DNA of 64,000 nucleotides from Chrysomallon squamiferum (Eukaryota > Animalia > Mollusca), in NCBI GenBank assembly GCA_012295275.1, contig CM022672.1, forward strand, positions 32,178,001 through 32,242,000, written 5' to 3'. Positions 1-13,666 of this stretch are shown here, piece after piece. Made by a program: the position numbers and the translations under genes. The number at the start of each line of letters is the position of its first letter. The stretch's first letter is position 1. The notes beneath the pieces were generated by a model. The model made no database searches and was not told the origin of the DNA. It saw nothing but the letters and a program-made list of their open reading frames with translations.

Positions 1-157
1 TATGTGTTTGTATATCCATATTCCTGTTTTGTTTGTATGTCTGTGTGTATGAATGTGTGTATGTGTATGTGTCAGCTGTCTGTGTGTATGTTTGTGTGTG
101 TCTCTAAGTGTATGTGTGTGTGTGACTTTTTGTGTGTATATCTTTATGTGTGTTTTA

Positions 158-216
<59 letters not shown>

Positions 217-574
217 GTGTGCATTTTCTTACTCACCATATCTGAATGTTTAATTATTTTGTTTGATATATACATAAACACACGCACGCAAGCACACACG
301 CGCACAAACACATACGCAAATATATATATATACTTGTGTGTGTGCGTATGCATGTGTGTAGAAAGTGGATTTGTACTGAGTGTAACTGTAGGTAATAAAT
401 GTAAGATAGCCAAGTAAACTTTACTCTTGACAAAACAGATTAGTTGGTTATGTTATCACTAACACGTGTTTTAGTACTAGGTTAATTATATAGGAGTTGA
501 ACACATGCAATAATATTGTTAATATTAAACAAAGAAAAATCTGATCATAAAGAAATTTAAATTTACAAGACAAT

Positions 575-1110
575 AGTATCAGCAGTAACACTAACAGCAG
601 TTGTTGTAGTAACAGTTATAGTAGTAGTAGTAGTAGCAGTAGTAGAATCAGTAGTAGTAGTAGAAGCAGTAGTAGTAGTAGAAGCAGTAGTAGTAGTAGA
701 ATCATTAGTAGTAGTAGTAGTAGAAGTTTTAGCAGCAGCAACATTTCAGCAGTTGGATTAGTATTAACAACTGTAGTATTAGTAGCGCTAGTAACGGTAT
801 GGTAGTAGTAGTAATTGTAGTAGCAGTAGTAGCTAACAGTAAAAGTACTGACAGTGGTAGTAGTGATAGAATTAGAAGTAGTATTATAAAATATAGTAAC
901 AGTAGTTAAAGTGGTTGTAATACTACTACTAATAATAATAGTAAAGCTGTAGCAGCAACAGTACTATTAGCACTTTTAGTAATAGTATTTTAGTAGTAAC
1001 AGTAGTAATAATGGTTGTAGTAGTAGCTGTGGTTGCTTGTTCTACTTGTGAAATGAAATACAAGTTAGAACAAACAATGTTGTAGTAGCTGTAGTAATAC
1101 TACAGGCAAC
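575..1110. repeat. Degenerate (GTA)n low-complexity tract
   Basis: gtagta/gcagta repeats. Confidence 0.9.
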
Positions 1111-1469
1111 AGTGGTTGTAATAACTAAATATATAAATACCATACCCCCACCCGTTATTTAAACAAACCCGGACCTGGATGTTTTACTTCGTGTCAAACA
1201 GAAAAGATTAAATGTGTATTGTTGATTAGTAATCTTTTCTAACTGACGTATGCAATTATCAGTTTACTAAATAAGGCAATGGTTTGAAACTGACATACCT
1301 CACCTGAGTTTATCTCCATCACGAGATGGCCAAAGTTCTCTTAAAGCGGGTATATTAATTCACGTATCTGTGTGTTTGTCTCATACAACTGAAAACTGGT
1401 TTCCACGGCAACACAGTCTGATTGACATCTCCTTAGAAATTATCCAACCTGGTAAGAACTTATGCATTT

Positions 1470-1603
<134 letters not shown>

Positions 1604-2854
1604 GCGAACACTTTGCGAAGACCAATTTTAATTTTCTGGGATATGCGTGTTTTTATATTGTTATTTGTTATTTTTATTTATTGATTTAGTTATAATTATA
1701 ATTATTATTGTTGTTGTTTGTTGTTGTTATTGTTATTATTTTTTGTTGTTGTTATTATTGTTTTCTTCGCTGAGGTTAGCACTTTTAGTCTATTGAATTT
1801 TACCTATTGATAACAAAATCACTGTCACATATATTGGTTATTAATTGCCTTAGGAGCAGATAGAAATGTCTATAAATATTATATCCCTTTCCACATCTAA
1901 AGAAACACTGGTCAGCTTTATTCGTTTTTTCTTCCTTTCTTTCTATATTTATTTATTTTATTTTATTTTATTTTATTTATAGATCTGATTTCAGTGAGTA
2001 TTTTATATTGTTTTAATTTAATTTAATTTATTTATTTTATTTTATTATTAATTTTTTTTAAATACTTTTATATTTTTGTGTGTGTTCCTTTCATTCTTTC
2101 TTTCTTCGTTTCTTCAGTCGTTCCTTCCTTCTTAACTAACGTTTGTATTGGTCTATCACCAGTTCCAACTAGTGTATACAAAGTTTTGGTATTTGTTTTC
2201 ATCTGTAGTGGAAAACAATAAAAGGAAAAAAAAATTAACATTGTCGCTGCTATTAATGTACATACAACAAACTGCATTATATTATTAAACATGGGAAAAA
2301 ATATGTAGTAGACCTGGACTTGTAACTTTTACTGTTCATCAGGTATATGGAAGGTGCCACAAGAGGATGTGATAATATTATCTCATACAATTGAATTATT
2401 TTCTATTTACGAGTTTGTTTGTTGGTTGTCTTTCTCGTCTTTGTTGAAATTATTTATCTTCTCACAATGCTGACAAATGTAAATAATTTCTTATTTTCAC
2501 GGGTTATTTCTACACTTATGGGCAGATAGTATATTAACAATGAATTTGTCAGATCGCTGTAAATAACAGCCGAGTATATCTTTGTGTGTCTCGTGTAATT
2601 TACATTGATATTCAGAGAAAGAAGACATGTACACTTATATTCAGTATACTATAAAAAATATTTGTTATTATTATTATTGTCCTTGTTGTTGATGTTGTTG
2701 TTGCTGTTATTATTATTACATTTATAATTTATATATAAATAATGGCATCTAGTAGTATTTAATTTATTGAATTAGAATTGAAAGTAATTTATTGTAAAGA
2801 AGACTTATGTAAGATCAGTGTACATATATCTCGCAGCACGATTTGTTTATTTTA

Positions 2855-2985
2855 ATCTGAAACTGAAACGTAACACTTGATGACGTATAAGATATTTGAC
2901 GTCAGTCGCGTGTTTATCAGTGGAGGGTTTCCTAACTAAAACAACACAAAGCAGAAGTTAAAGTAGTCGACCATATTGAACTTTT
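2855..2985 (+). promoter_or_regulatory. Putative promoter of BTB-PHR copy A (ISRE-like, CRE, kB-like, YY1-like motifs)
   Basis: GAAACTGAAAC 2859-2869, TGACGTA 2881, TGACGTCA 2897-2904, GGAGGGTTTCC 2922-2932. CpG-containing island 1.3 kb upstream of the ATG, with the core conserved in the other arm. Confidence 0.45.
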
Positions 2986-3142
2986 ATAAAATTTTATATT
3001 TTCTTATATTTTACGATTCCAGTATTTTTAATTTATTATTAAATATATCAGGGTTAGTTAACAAATAGATTACTTGAGTGTGAGTTTTTTTTTAAATTGA
3101 AATGATAGAAGTTATGTATATCCTGACTTTAATATGCTGTTA

Positions 3143-3222
<80 letters not shown>

Positions 3223-3985
3223 GGTACTACTATTACAACTGCTATCCTATTATATCTCTTTTTTTTTTTATTCAAGCCTTTTGCTATATATCGTTTCCTT
3301 TATAATATTTTATTTTATTTTATTTATTCTTAGATCGGTGACTTCTGTGACCTATAATTGAGTTGATAGAAAATAGTCACTTATAAGAAATTGTCGATCA
3401 GGAAGTTGAAATTACAAGGTATTTTATATAGTTTTATATTTCAAAAGTATCACATAATATTCCTTGATTTTCCTTACTTCTTATTCTTTTTTCTTTTATA
3501 GTGTTTCTTTTTATATTTGTTATTGTCTTTAATTATTTTGTCTTTTCGAGGAGTAAATTTCTGTAAATGACCATTTGTACATTGCGACTTGAAAATCGTT
3601 TCTCCCACAGTTAAATATGTCTGTGTATAAAAATAATTATAATAATAATTATTGTTGTTGTCGTCATCATAATTATCACTAGTGTAAGCATAATGTACTT
3701 CTTTTTATCTTTTATCGATTTGGTATATATTTATCTGATTTGTTTTCTTTCTTTCTTTCATTATCTTTTATTTATTTATTTATTTTTAGATTTCTGATCG
3801 CAGTATTGAACAGAAAATAGTCGCTTGTTAGAAAATATCTTAGGTTGATTATTTTTTTACATAAAAATGTTTGGTTTTTGAAATATTTCTATGTACAGGT
3901 CATAGCTAGATGTGAATATAGAAAACTGGTCACTGCAGTGTGAGGCTGTCTACTAGAAACATTTTAAAATTATATTTCGTATGAG

Positions 3986-4024
<39 letters not shown>

Positions 4025-4113
4025 TAATTAATTAATTATTTTTTTTTTTAGCCCTAAGAACTATTACAGTCTGTGCGCGAATAATGTCTTTTTCTTTTTC
4101 TCTCCCCATTCCA

Positions 4114-4162
<49 letters not shown>

Positions 4163-4197
4163 TATTATTATTATTATTATTTGTTTATAGTGAAAAC

Positions 4198-4461
4198 ATG
4201 GCCACCTCAGCAGAAGTTTCAAGTTGGCAGACTGGGAAAAAACTGACGGAATGTATTGAACACGTTTTTCGTACGAGAACAGACAGCGACGTCAGATTTG
4301 TTGTTGGGGAAGAAGAAAAAACTGTGGATGCACATCGCTTCATCCTTATGATACGAAGCGAAGTCTTCCACAGGATGTTGATGGGAGAACTTCGCGAACA
4401 AAACACCATCCTGCTTGCCTGATGTGCAGGCAGATATTTTCACAGAGTTTTTAAAGTATGT

Positions 4462-4529
<68 letters not shown>

Positions 4530-5746
4530 CGACACAGGTACGAACATAGTGATTAACGAAACATACAAACCGACACGAACGTTGATAACAATACAGTTTT
4601 TGTTAGTAATCTAATTATTTTCTAATTAATTAATCTCCCATAATTATCTCTCGTTTTGAAGTCTTACTATACATTCTTTTACACAGATATCTTTATACGG
4701 ATGACGTCGTCCTAACAGGCCACAACGTCACCGGTCTGCTGTATCTATCGAGGAAGTACATCGTCACGACACTGGAAGATCAGTGCGTGCGCTATTTGGA
4801 GTCGTCGTTGTCGTCACGGAATGCGTGCGTCGTGCTGGAACAAGCTCACCTGTTTGATGAACATGATCTAAGAAAAAAAACTCTGGACTTCATTTTGGAA
4901 AATGGCGACGAAGTTCTGAAGTCGGATGAAGTCACCGATCTTTGTCACGAATGTCTGGTTGAGATCGTACGATCAGACGAACTGACAGCAGACGAGAAAA
5001 ATGTTTTCGAAGCCGCTGTGAAGTGGGCTGACAGCGCGTGTAAGAAGCAAGGAAGACAGACGAATGGACAGAACATGCGCGAAGCACTGGGAGAGGCCGT
5101 GAAGCACGTGCGTTATCCATTACTCGATCAGACGTATTTTGTAGAACACGTGACACCCACTAACATACTCAGTGACAACAGAAGAAATTCAAGATTTTTA
5201 AAAACTTGGTGAAGAGTGATGAAGATGTTTCACCTTTTAACTCAAACAAGAGAACTGCAATGATTCGAAAACACAGATTACAATAAACAGGTTTGGTGGA
5301 ACATGGTCTGATTACTGGACATGTTCTGGTGAATATGATGAATCCATTACTTTCTCTGTCAACAAAAACGCTTTACTTCGCGGATTTCAGTTGTACGGTC
5401 ACCGTCAACCACGAAACTACGACGTCAGCGCCTTCGTCACTGACACAAGAACAGACGAAATACTGGACGGGTCTACGCTGACACAGAGATATGAACACGT
5501 CGTGTCTGACGTGTATGACGTCGTGTTCAGACGTCCAGTGAAGATTACTAAAGACACTGAGTACAGCTTGTTTGTTAATGTTAAGGGAGACAACTCATTG
5601 TGTGGATTTGAAGGTAAATCAGAAATTGTTGTAGACTCTTTTGTTTGTAGATTTTCTGAGTCACACAAATCTAAACACAGTCACAGAGAAAACTTGTTAC
5701 ACGTGTGTACATAGGACAAATACCTGCTTTGTTATTTTTAGTGTAA
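4198..5746 (+). pseudogene. BTB/POZ-BACK-PHR domain gene (BTBD1/2/3/6-like), copy A; coding exons 4198-4455 and 4687-5746; frameshifted as assembled (pseudogene or consensus errors)
   Basis: ATG at 4198 follows an acceptor (tttatag, ends 4190). BTB: SDVRFVVG..VDAHRFILMIRSEVFHRML. GT-AG intron 4456-4686 joins FLK|YLYTDDVVL. BACK: NACVVLEQAHLFDE..EKNVFEAAVKWA..HVRYPLL. PHR: NRFG..W.CSG..ITFSVNK..GFQLYG, ending GQIPALLFLV* at 5714-5746. Indels near 4415, 5177, 5188, 5267 and ~5690. Confidence 0.9.
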
Positions 5747-5982
5747 AAAACAACATCGTTCAAACACTGTCACTTTTAGTCATCACTGGCCTAATATTTT
5801 TATTTTTATTTATTTGTTTATTTATTTATTTATTTATTGATTTGTTTACGTTTTTCTGATGACGTCAGACAGCAGTGATGACGTCATAGACACTTGATTT
5901 GATTTGAAATTTTTATAATGGATTGTTTTGTGTCAAACAGATACGTGTAAAAATGTATATTAACATCTCATTGCTTTATCAT

Positions 5983-6018
<36 letters not shown>

Positions 6019-6520
6019 GTATATCTAATGTTTTTAGTTTGTATATAAAACTTAATATTTTTAACTATTTCTTGCTTCATTTGTACTTTTTTTATTTCGG
6101 TTTAAAATGTGTATAAAATAAAATGTAGATAAATTATATATGTACTTACTGACTGTTGGACATGAAATACAAGAACTGTTATTTGATTTATTTATGAATT
6201 TTCTTTTATTCAGATTTATATTAAATATGTAAGTAAATTAGATTATGTTTCAAATTTACTTTTGTTTGTTTATGTATAAGATGTATATAAAGAAAATGCA
6301 AATAAATTTGTTTTTGTATCATGAATTCTTACATCGTTTATTTTTGGATTTAATTTGTGTTTAGAATATAAACAGAAAAATGATATAGACATAAAAATCA
6401 AGTTTTATTATTTAGTTTCTGTAATATTTTTCTTTTCTGCATACAGCGTGTAATACATAAAGATGTTGTGAGACAGGATTCCAGAGCAGATCCTATATCT
6501 GTACTTGATGTGTGTAGTCT

Positions 6521-6685
<165 letters not shown>

Positions 6686-7206
6686 GTAAAATAAAGATAA
6701 AATATACTGTATAAAAGAGTTATGAAAATAGGGAGAAATTTCCAGGCTAACTCTAATATATTCTTAACAATACTTTGAAAAATCCGGAGCTCTCTACTTC
6801 GGATATCTGGTGTAAATTCCAGAATAAAGTACATTTCATAAAGTCTATTTCTTAAACAGTGACAACAATTAGCACGTAATTAGACTACCGCGTGGACAAA
6901 ATGAAATGATTGCACTTTGTGAAATCTTTATAAACAATGATGCCAAGCTTCTTGTAATCACTATACGCGGTATCCTAACAACAGTCATATGGTCAGTAGT
7001 CATACAATTTGGAAAGCAGTCAAGCAGTAAGTAAGCTGGGCACCCCTGTGTGGAGAATGATCAACTAGTCTTGGCTGTGTCTCACTGCTAACTGTTGTAA
7101 TCACAACTCCGGTGGGAAGCTGATTAAGTGTGCATCAAACCTTGACCTGTATTGTTATGAGCTGTATGACAAATAAGCCTATGAGTAATGGGAGGTAACC
7201 CTATAC

Positions 7207-7499
7207 CACTGGTTTTCAACCTTTTTCATACCTTGACGACTTATGAGCAACTCAATATGACCGAAAATCCCCTTTAAAATTTTTGATTCAATATTATGTA
7301 GGGTTACCATATTTTCATCAAGCAAAGACAGTACAAAAGGAATCTATATTCACTATGACGGGTCCCAAACCTATCTACTCGTTTTTATTTATTTCTCCTT
7401 CCAAGTCAAGTTGTACAAAATTAACACATACCCTACCTGAAGAACGATCTCACAATCCCCAGAAAAAAAGTCTGGCGACCCCCAGGTTGAAAACCTATG
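7207..7499. mobile_element. hAT-type MITE (~293 bp)
   Basis: TIRs CACTGGTTTTCAACCT / AGGTTGAAAACCTATG; imperfect 8-bp TSD ccctatac / cccttcac. Confidence 0.75.
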
Positions 7500-7639
7500 C
7501 CCTTCACGCAGCTAAATGAACAAGATCATTATTAGTGTGATACCTAAGTGAATTCACTCATTTAAATTAAGAGTCAACAGCAGATGTCTAAATAAATACG
7601 TGACACATATTTTGCTTTGTTTTATTGAATTCATAGCAT

Positions 7640-8425
<786 letters not shown>

Positions 8426-8546
8426 AGCAAGATCAATACGCATTGTCTGTCTAGCACATAAATACATGTATTTATACTTTCTTAAACATATATATACGAT
8501 CACACACATATCTAAATGTCTTTCATAAACACACACACTCATACAT

Positions 8547-8580
<34 letters not shown>

Positions 8581-8653
8581 CAATATCTGTCTACCTATCT
8601 CTGTATCTATGTATGTATGTTTGTATGTGATCTAGTATGTATATATATGTGTA

Positions 8654-8691
<38 letters not shown>

Positions 8692-9058
8692 TGTCTGCGT
8701 ATGTGTGTGTGTGTGTGTGTGTGTACGGAGAGAGAGAGAAGAGAGATATAGATACACTCACATCTAATCACTCATAACTCTTTCTAAAGCATACATACAT
8801 ATGTAGTTCATACGTACATACATAAAAGCATGCATACAAAAACACCCACAAGTAAGTTGATACAAAAATGTTTCTAGTATCACAAACTAAGTATGTTGAT
8901 AAACTTGTAGTGATGTTTCTAGTAGTAGCACATTAAGTATTTTGATAAACTGATAGTTACATACATGTTGGTGAACCTTAAGATCATAATGTTATTGAAT
9001 TTAGTATTTTGTGTATTATTTTTATAATTTTATTTTAAACTTAAGTATTTTATTAAAC

Positions 9059-9090
<32 letters not shown>

Positions 9091-9743
9091 TTATTATTAT
9101 ATTTATTTCCTTTTTATTAAAATGAATTTACTTTTAATCTATTTTACACTTTACAGAATTATAATGCAGTGACTGAGGGTTGTGTAAGTAAACCTATCAT
9201 TTTGTTAATATATTATCAGATTTAAATTAAAATAACCTTCTTGGACAAGCATGTTTTTTTTACAGAAACGCTTCTGATCAAGAAATAAATTATAAGAAGA
9301 AAAGACATTCACTGTGTGCTTGATCAATTTGTGTTTGTGTGTCGTGTTGTTTCATTGTTAAAAAACAAAACAAAATCGTTGCAAAATATAATTACTCGTA
9401 TTTTTTTTCTTAGTTGGTTCCTTACTTATCTCCCTTTCTTAAAGTTACACAGTGTATATACTATTCACCTTTATTTGAAATGTATGCGAACGTTAAAGCA
9501 TGAGTGAGTGTGTAACTGAGCAAGTGTGTGACACACATCTGTTTGTATGTGTGTTTATAGGTCTATGCTTATAGGTGTATGTGTGTATTTCACTAGTGGC
9601 ACCCTGTCGCCTGCTATCCTCCGAAGGCGGAGGATGTTACCGTTCGGTCACCGGGACATGTTTGTATGTGTGCATGTGAGAGATTATGGGTGTGCGTTCA
9701 ATGGTGAAACAGGAGACGTATTTGTATGTGAAAGAAAGTGTAG

Positions 9744-9810
<67 letters not shown>

Positions 9811-10548
9811 AGAGAGCGAGAGGACGGGTACAGAAATTTTATATGTGGAATATTGGCTGCTGGGGGATTTTAACCTACACTGATTTTTCAATGAGCATTT
9901 ATTATTATTATTATTATTATTATTAGTAGTAGTAGTAGTATTAGTATTAGTATTTATGCTGTTGTTGATTTTGTTATTATATTGTTATTTTGATCGTGGT
10001 ATTACTTTTTCTATTTTTCTTTTATTCTATTTATCATTATTGTCTCAATCGTTATTTTTATTGTTTCGTTTTGCTTTTGTACATTTCGTTATTAATAATT
10101 AGAAATAGATTCATCTAATAGTGTTTCTTTTTTTTGTTTGTTTTAATTATTATTTACTTCTTTTTTTTTTTTTTTTTCTGTACCGTGGAATTACAATTTT
10201 TTTTTTTCTTTTTGTAAAATGAAGAAAATCAACAGGAGAGACATTTTTTTCCCGCCAGCTCAGTTATTTTTTCCGCGAGAATTGCAGATGTCAGTTATAT
10301 TACTTCAGCATCAACCAATCAGCGATCAGACGAAACACACGTGGTAATTTTTTTTTACATTTAAATTTCCCTTTTTCGCGCCATTTAAAGTTTGGGAGGC
10401 TTGGTGTTAAAGGTTCATAATATTTTCAAAGTAAGAATTTACCTGACACAAAATCGAAACAAAATAAAATAAAATAAATAAATAAATAAAACCTTTTATT
10501 TCCTTGTGCAAGCAAATACAAGGCTGTATCAGGATAGAATCCTTAATT

Positions 10549-10595
<47 letters not shown>

Positions 10596-10654
10596 TCATT
10601 TTGTTTCTTTCTTGCTCCCCTATCTGTTTTCGTTTTTTTCTTCAGTTATTTTAA

Positions 10655-10717
<63 letters not shown>

Positions 10718-13617
10718 TCATAACATTTGTTGTTGTGCTTCTTGCAGTAAACAACGTTAAAAGAAGCGTCAAACGTTGAACAAGAATGTGGCTAAAAAGC
10801 GCAAACAAAAATTTCATTTCTTAGGGCCGTCTTTCCGAGGCTCTGGTAAATGTTTTATTTCCATGATGAGATATAACATGTAACAAACATATTCAGTTAA
10901 TTAGTGTTGTGTGATACGTGTAGTGATGTTTGTGTATGTGAATGTAAGTGTGTGTCGGGCTGAGGGTTGTAGAACGTGCTTGTTTTCGAGGGTGGAGTGG
11001 ATGTTGCATGGTTGCTGTGGGCCTTTCTTTGCTCTTGGGGCCCGGGACAAAGAACCGGCTGAACTCCCCTCCCCGATAGGCCCAACATCAAAAACATATG
11101 CTAATGATCACTAACATCATCCGCTCAGGTTTATATCTGCTATGAAATTTTGGTGGTCATTATGGACCATCTTCTTGGGTTTCTGAGCCATATTGAATTG
11201 GAAAATGACTGTTAGTCCAATTTTAATATCAAACTGATGAACTGATTCAGTGATGATATCAGAAAAAATAGTATAATTTTCGACAAAAGTTCAAATTTAG
11301 TTATCAAAATTAAGCACTGCACGAAACGAACATCGCATGAGTAGTAAACAAAATAACGGCACAGTGATTCGCTTTATTACGACAGACTTCAAAAGACACT
11401 TTTGGTTAACTGAGTCGTTATGGTGACATCTTCGGGAACGTGACCCCTGAATTATTGTAAACCTTTCTCTCAGTTACTTGTTCCAGGTGAAGTGCACCAG
11501 ATCGGCAGCGGACACTGAAAACTGGGTGGGGTAATGTGGATGGGGAGGTGATCTAGTTTTTTATTATAGTTTGAGCGCTGCAGGACGAATTGAAGTCGAT
11601 TGATAAACGATAAAGAAATATGTCGATGATGAATATGTGCGTGTGTTTTCACAACGAGGCCAGCCATGGTGAAACAACAGCGCAGTGTTCCTGTGTATGG
11701 GAAGATGTTAGTTACAGAAAGTGAGATTATTTCACCGGATACAACCGAATAAGTCATATGACAACGTATTTTCTTCTTCTTCTCCTTTTCGTCTTTTTTA
11801 TTTTATTTTACAAACGGATTTATCAAACATATATTTACGTATAAAATAAAATTTAAAAAGAATGTTTCGAAGAAACTGTTTCTTTCAAATGTCATTTAAT
11901 TTCATAAAAAAGCTATAAACTGTCAGTCTGTACTGAATGAAAATCTCTTCAGGTAAACTGACATTTAAATCTGTACCTAAGTTAGACTAACCCGAGACCT
12001 AACCCTAATCAAAATGTTAACCTTACTTGTGAAACTCATGATTTTTCCAGATATTTAAACTTAACGCTAAAACTAAAATTAATGCTAACCCTGGGCGTAA
12101 ACCTCACTCCTAACGGTATGGTAAAATAAAGAATGTATTTTTATCTTAAAACTCATCATAAGATTGTTCAAAGTCTTATATGAAGTGTCTCTTGAGATAA
12201 ATATATATTTTAATCTGATCCTAGACCTAGTCCTGACGCTGTCGCTAACTCTAAATTCAAATCGAACCCTAACCCTGTCTATAACTTGTATACACTAATC
12301 CTAAAATTAACACCTAAACTAACCCTTAATACTAAACCTAACACCAACACTAACCCTAATCCTAAACGTAACACCTACACAAACGCCTAATACTAAACTT
12401 AACACCTACACCAACTCATAATACTATTTAATATTTTGCATGAGCAGTTAAGAAGTTGACAATGTTTCATAGCAATATTTGATACCCAAATACTAATTCA
12501 TTCCTTGCACTTTGAAATAAAATCAAGTTAGTCCTTTGACAGTACAGAATAACTGGATTTATTTTTGTAAGTAATTATCAGTGTTGAGTTTTAAAAGCAA
12601 AGAGATTTTAACACTGAACCTATTTCTGTCAGACAGTGAAGTTATCATTAACACCTATTTATAGTCAGTATAAAATGAAATTTTAAAACTGGATTTAATT
12701 TCTGCCAGTAACTGAAGTTTCCATTAATTAAGGTTAAAACAATTTTTAGTCAAAACAGTTATAAGCTATAATCAGAATTATGGGCCTTTGTTTGTATAAA
12801 AATGTGTTCTCAAGTCAGATCAGACAATAATTTCATGTTTACTCATTTCGATAATTCCAGTATAATGATTCTGTCAACAAGAGGTAGCAAGTAAAACAAG
12901 TACAGACTCCAGTTGTTTCATTTCATTATCACATGAACTGTTTTCTGAACTTTAACTTTGTATCTCCGTGTTGATTTATTCTAAATAACACCATAAACAG
13001 TGACAAGTATTAATAACCAAATTATGATATCAGTAACTAATTAAGAAAAAGCTACATGATGAAATTACAGGTAAAAATGACTTCTTTGTCCATTGTTTTG
13101 TTATCTGCTTTCCATTCATTTTTAAACTTTTACTTCTTTTGAAGTTTTAAATGAAACAAAAATTGTATAAAATATCAAAAACATTTATATGAACAGAAAG
13201 TTGAAAACTATGTGGTAAAAAGATCACTTTTCCATTCTGTTAAACGTGTGTCTGTTTGTGAATACATATGTACAGAAAGAAGAGAAAAATAACACTTTCA
13301 GATGTTTCTTTAAGGCTTACTACTGTAAGAATTATTTCAACACACAAAATCATTATTGTATTCATCTGAAATAATCAAATTTTAAAACACAACTCAGATG
13401 TTTAGTTTTTAATTATTGCTTAATTAGAGACAGAACTAGATAATCCTAACTGTTCAGAAGAGATTTCACTAAACTGAAACACACACTCATCAAAATAATA
13501 ATCATAAACAAAAATTGAAATCTTAAAATAAAAATGAGTAAGAAATAGAAAAAATAAGAAACAAATGGAATAATTAAGAATAAGAAAAATTCTAATTCAA
13601 TAAATAAATGCATAACC

Positions 13618-13666
<49 letters not shown>

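Noticed and set aside
4-417. ORFs rich in CV, I, L, Y, RE, SL or HT runs here and throughout the window
   Set aside because: They are translations of di- and trinucleotide microsatellites.
4932-5668. Antisense ORFs 4932-5156 and 5417-5668 (and mirrors in the right arm)
   Set aside because: They are shadows of the BTB-PHR coding strand; their identity between arms reflects DNA identity.
4198-5746. Assigning the symbol BTBD6, BTBD3 or BTBD2
   Set aside because: The architecture fits the family, but the sequence is divergent and orthology cannot be determined without a phylogeny.
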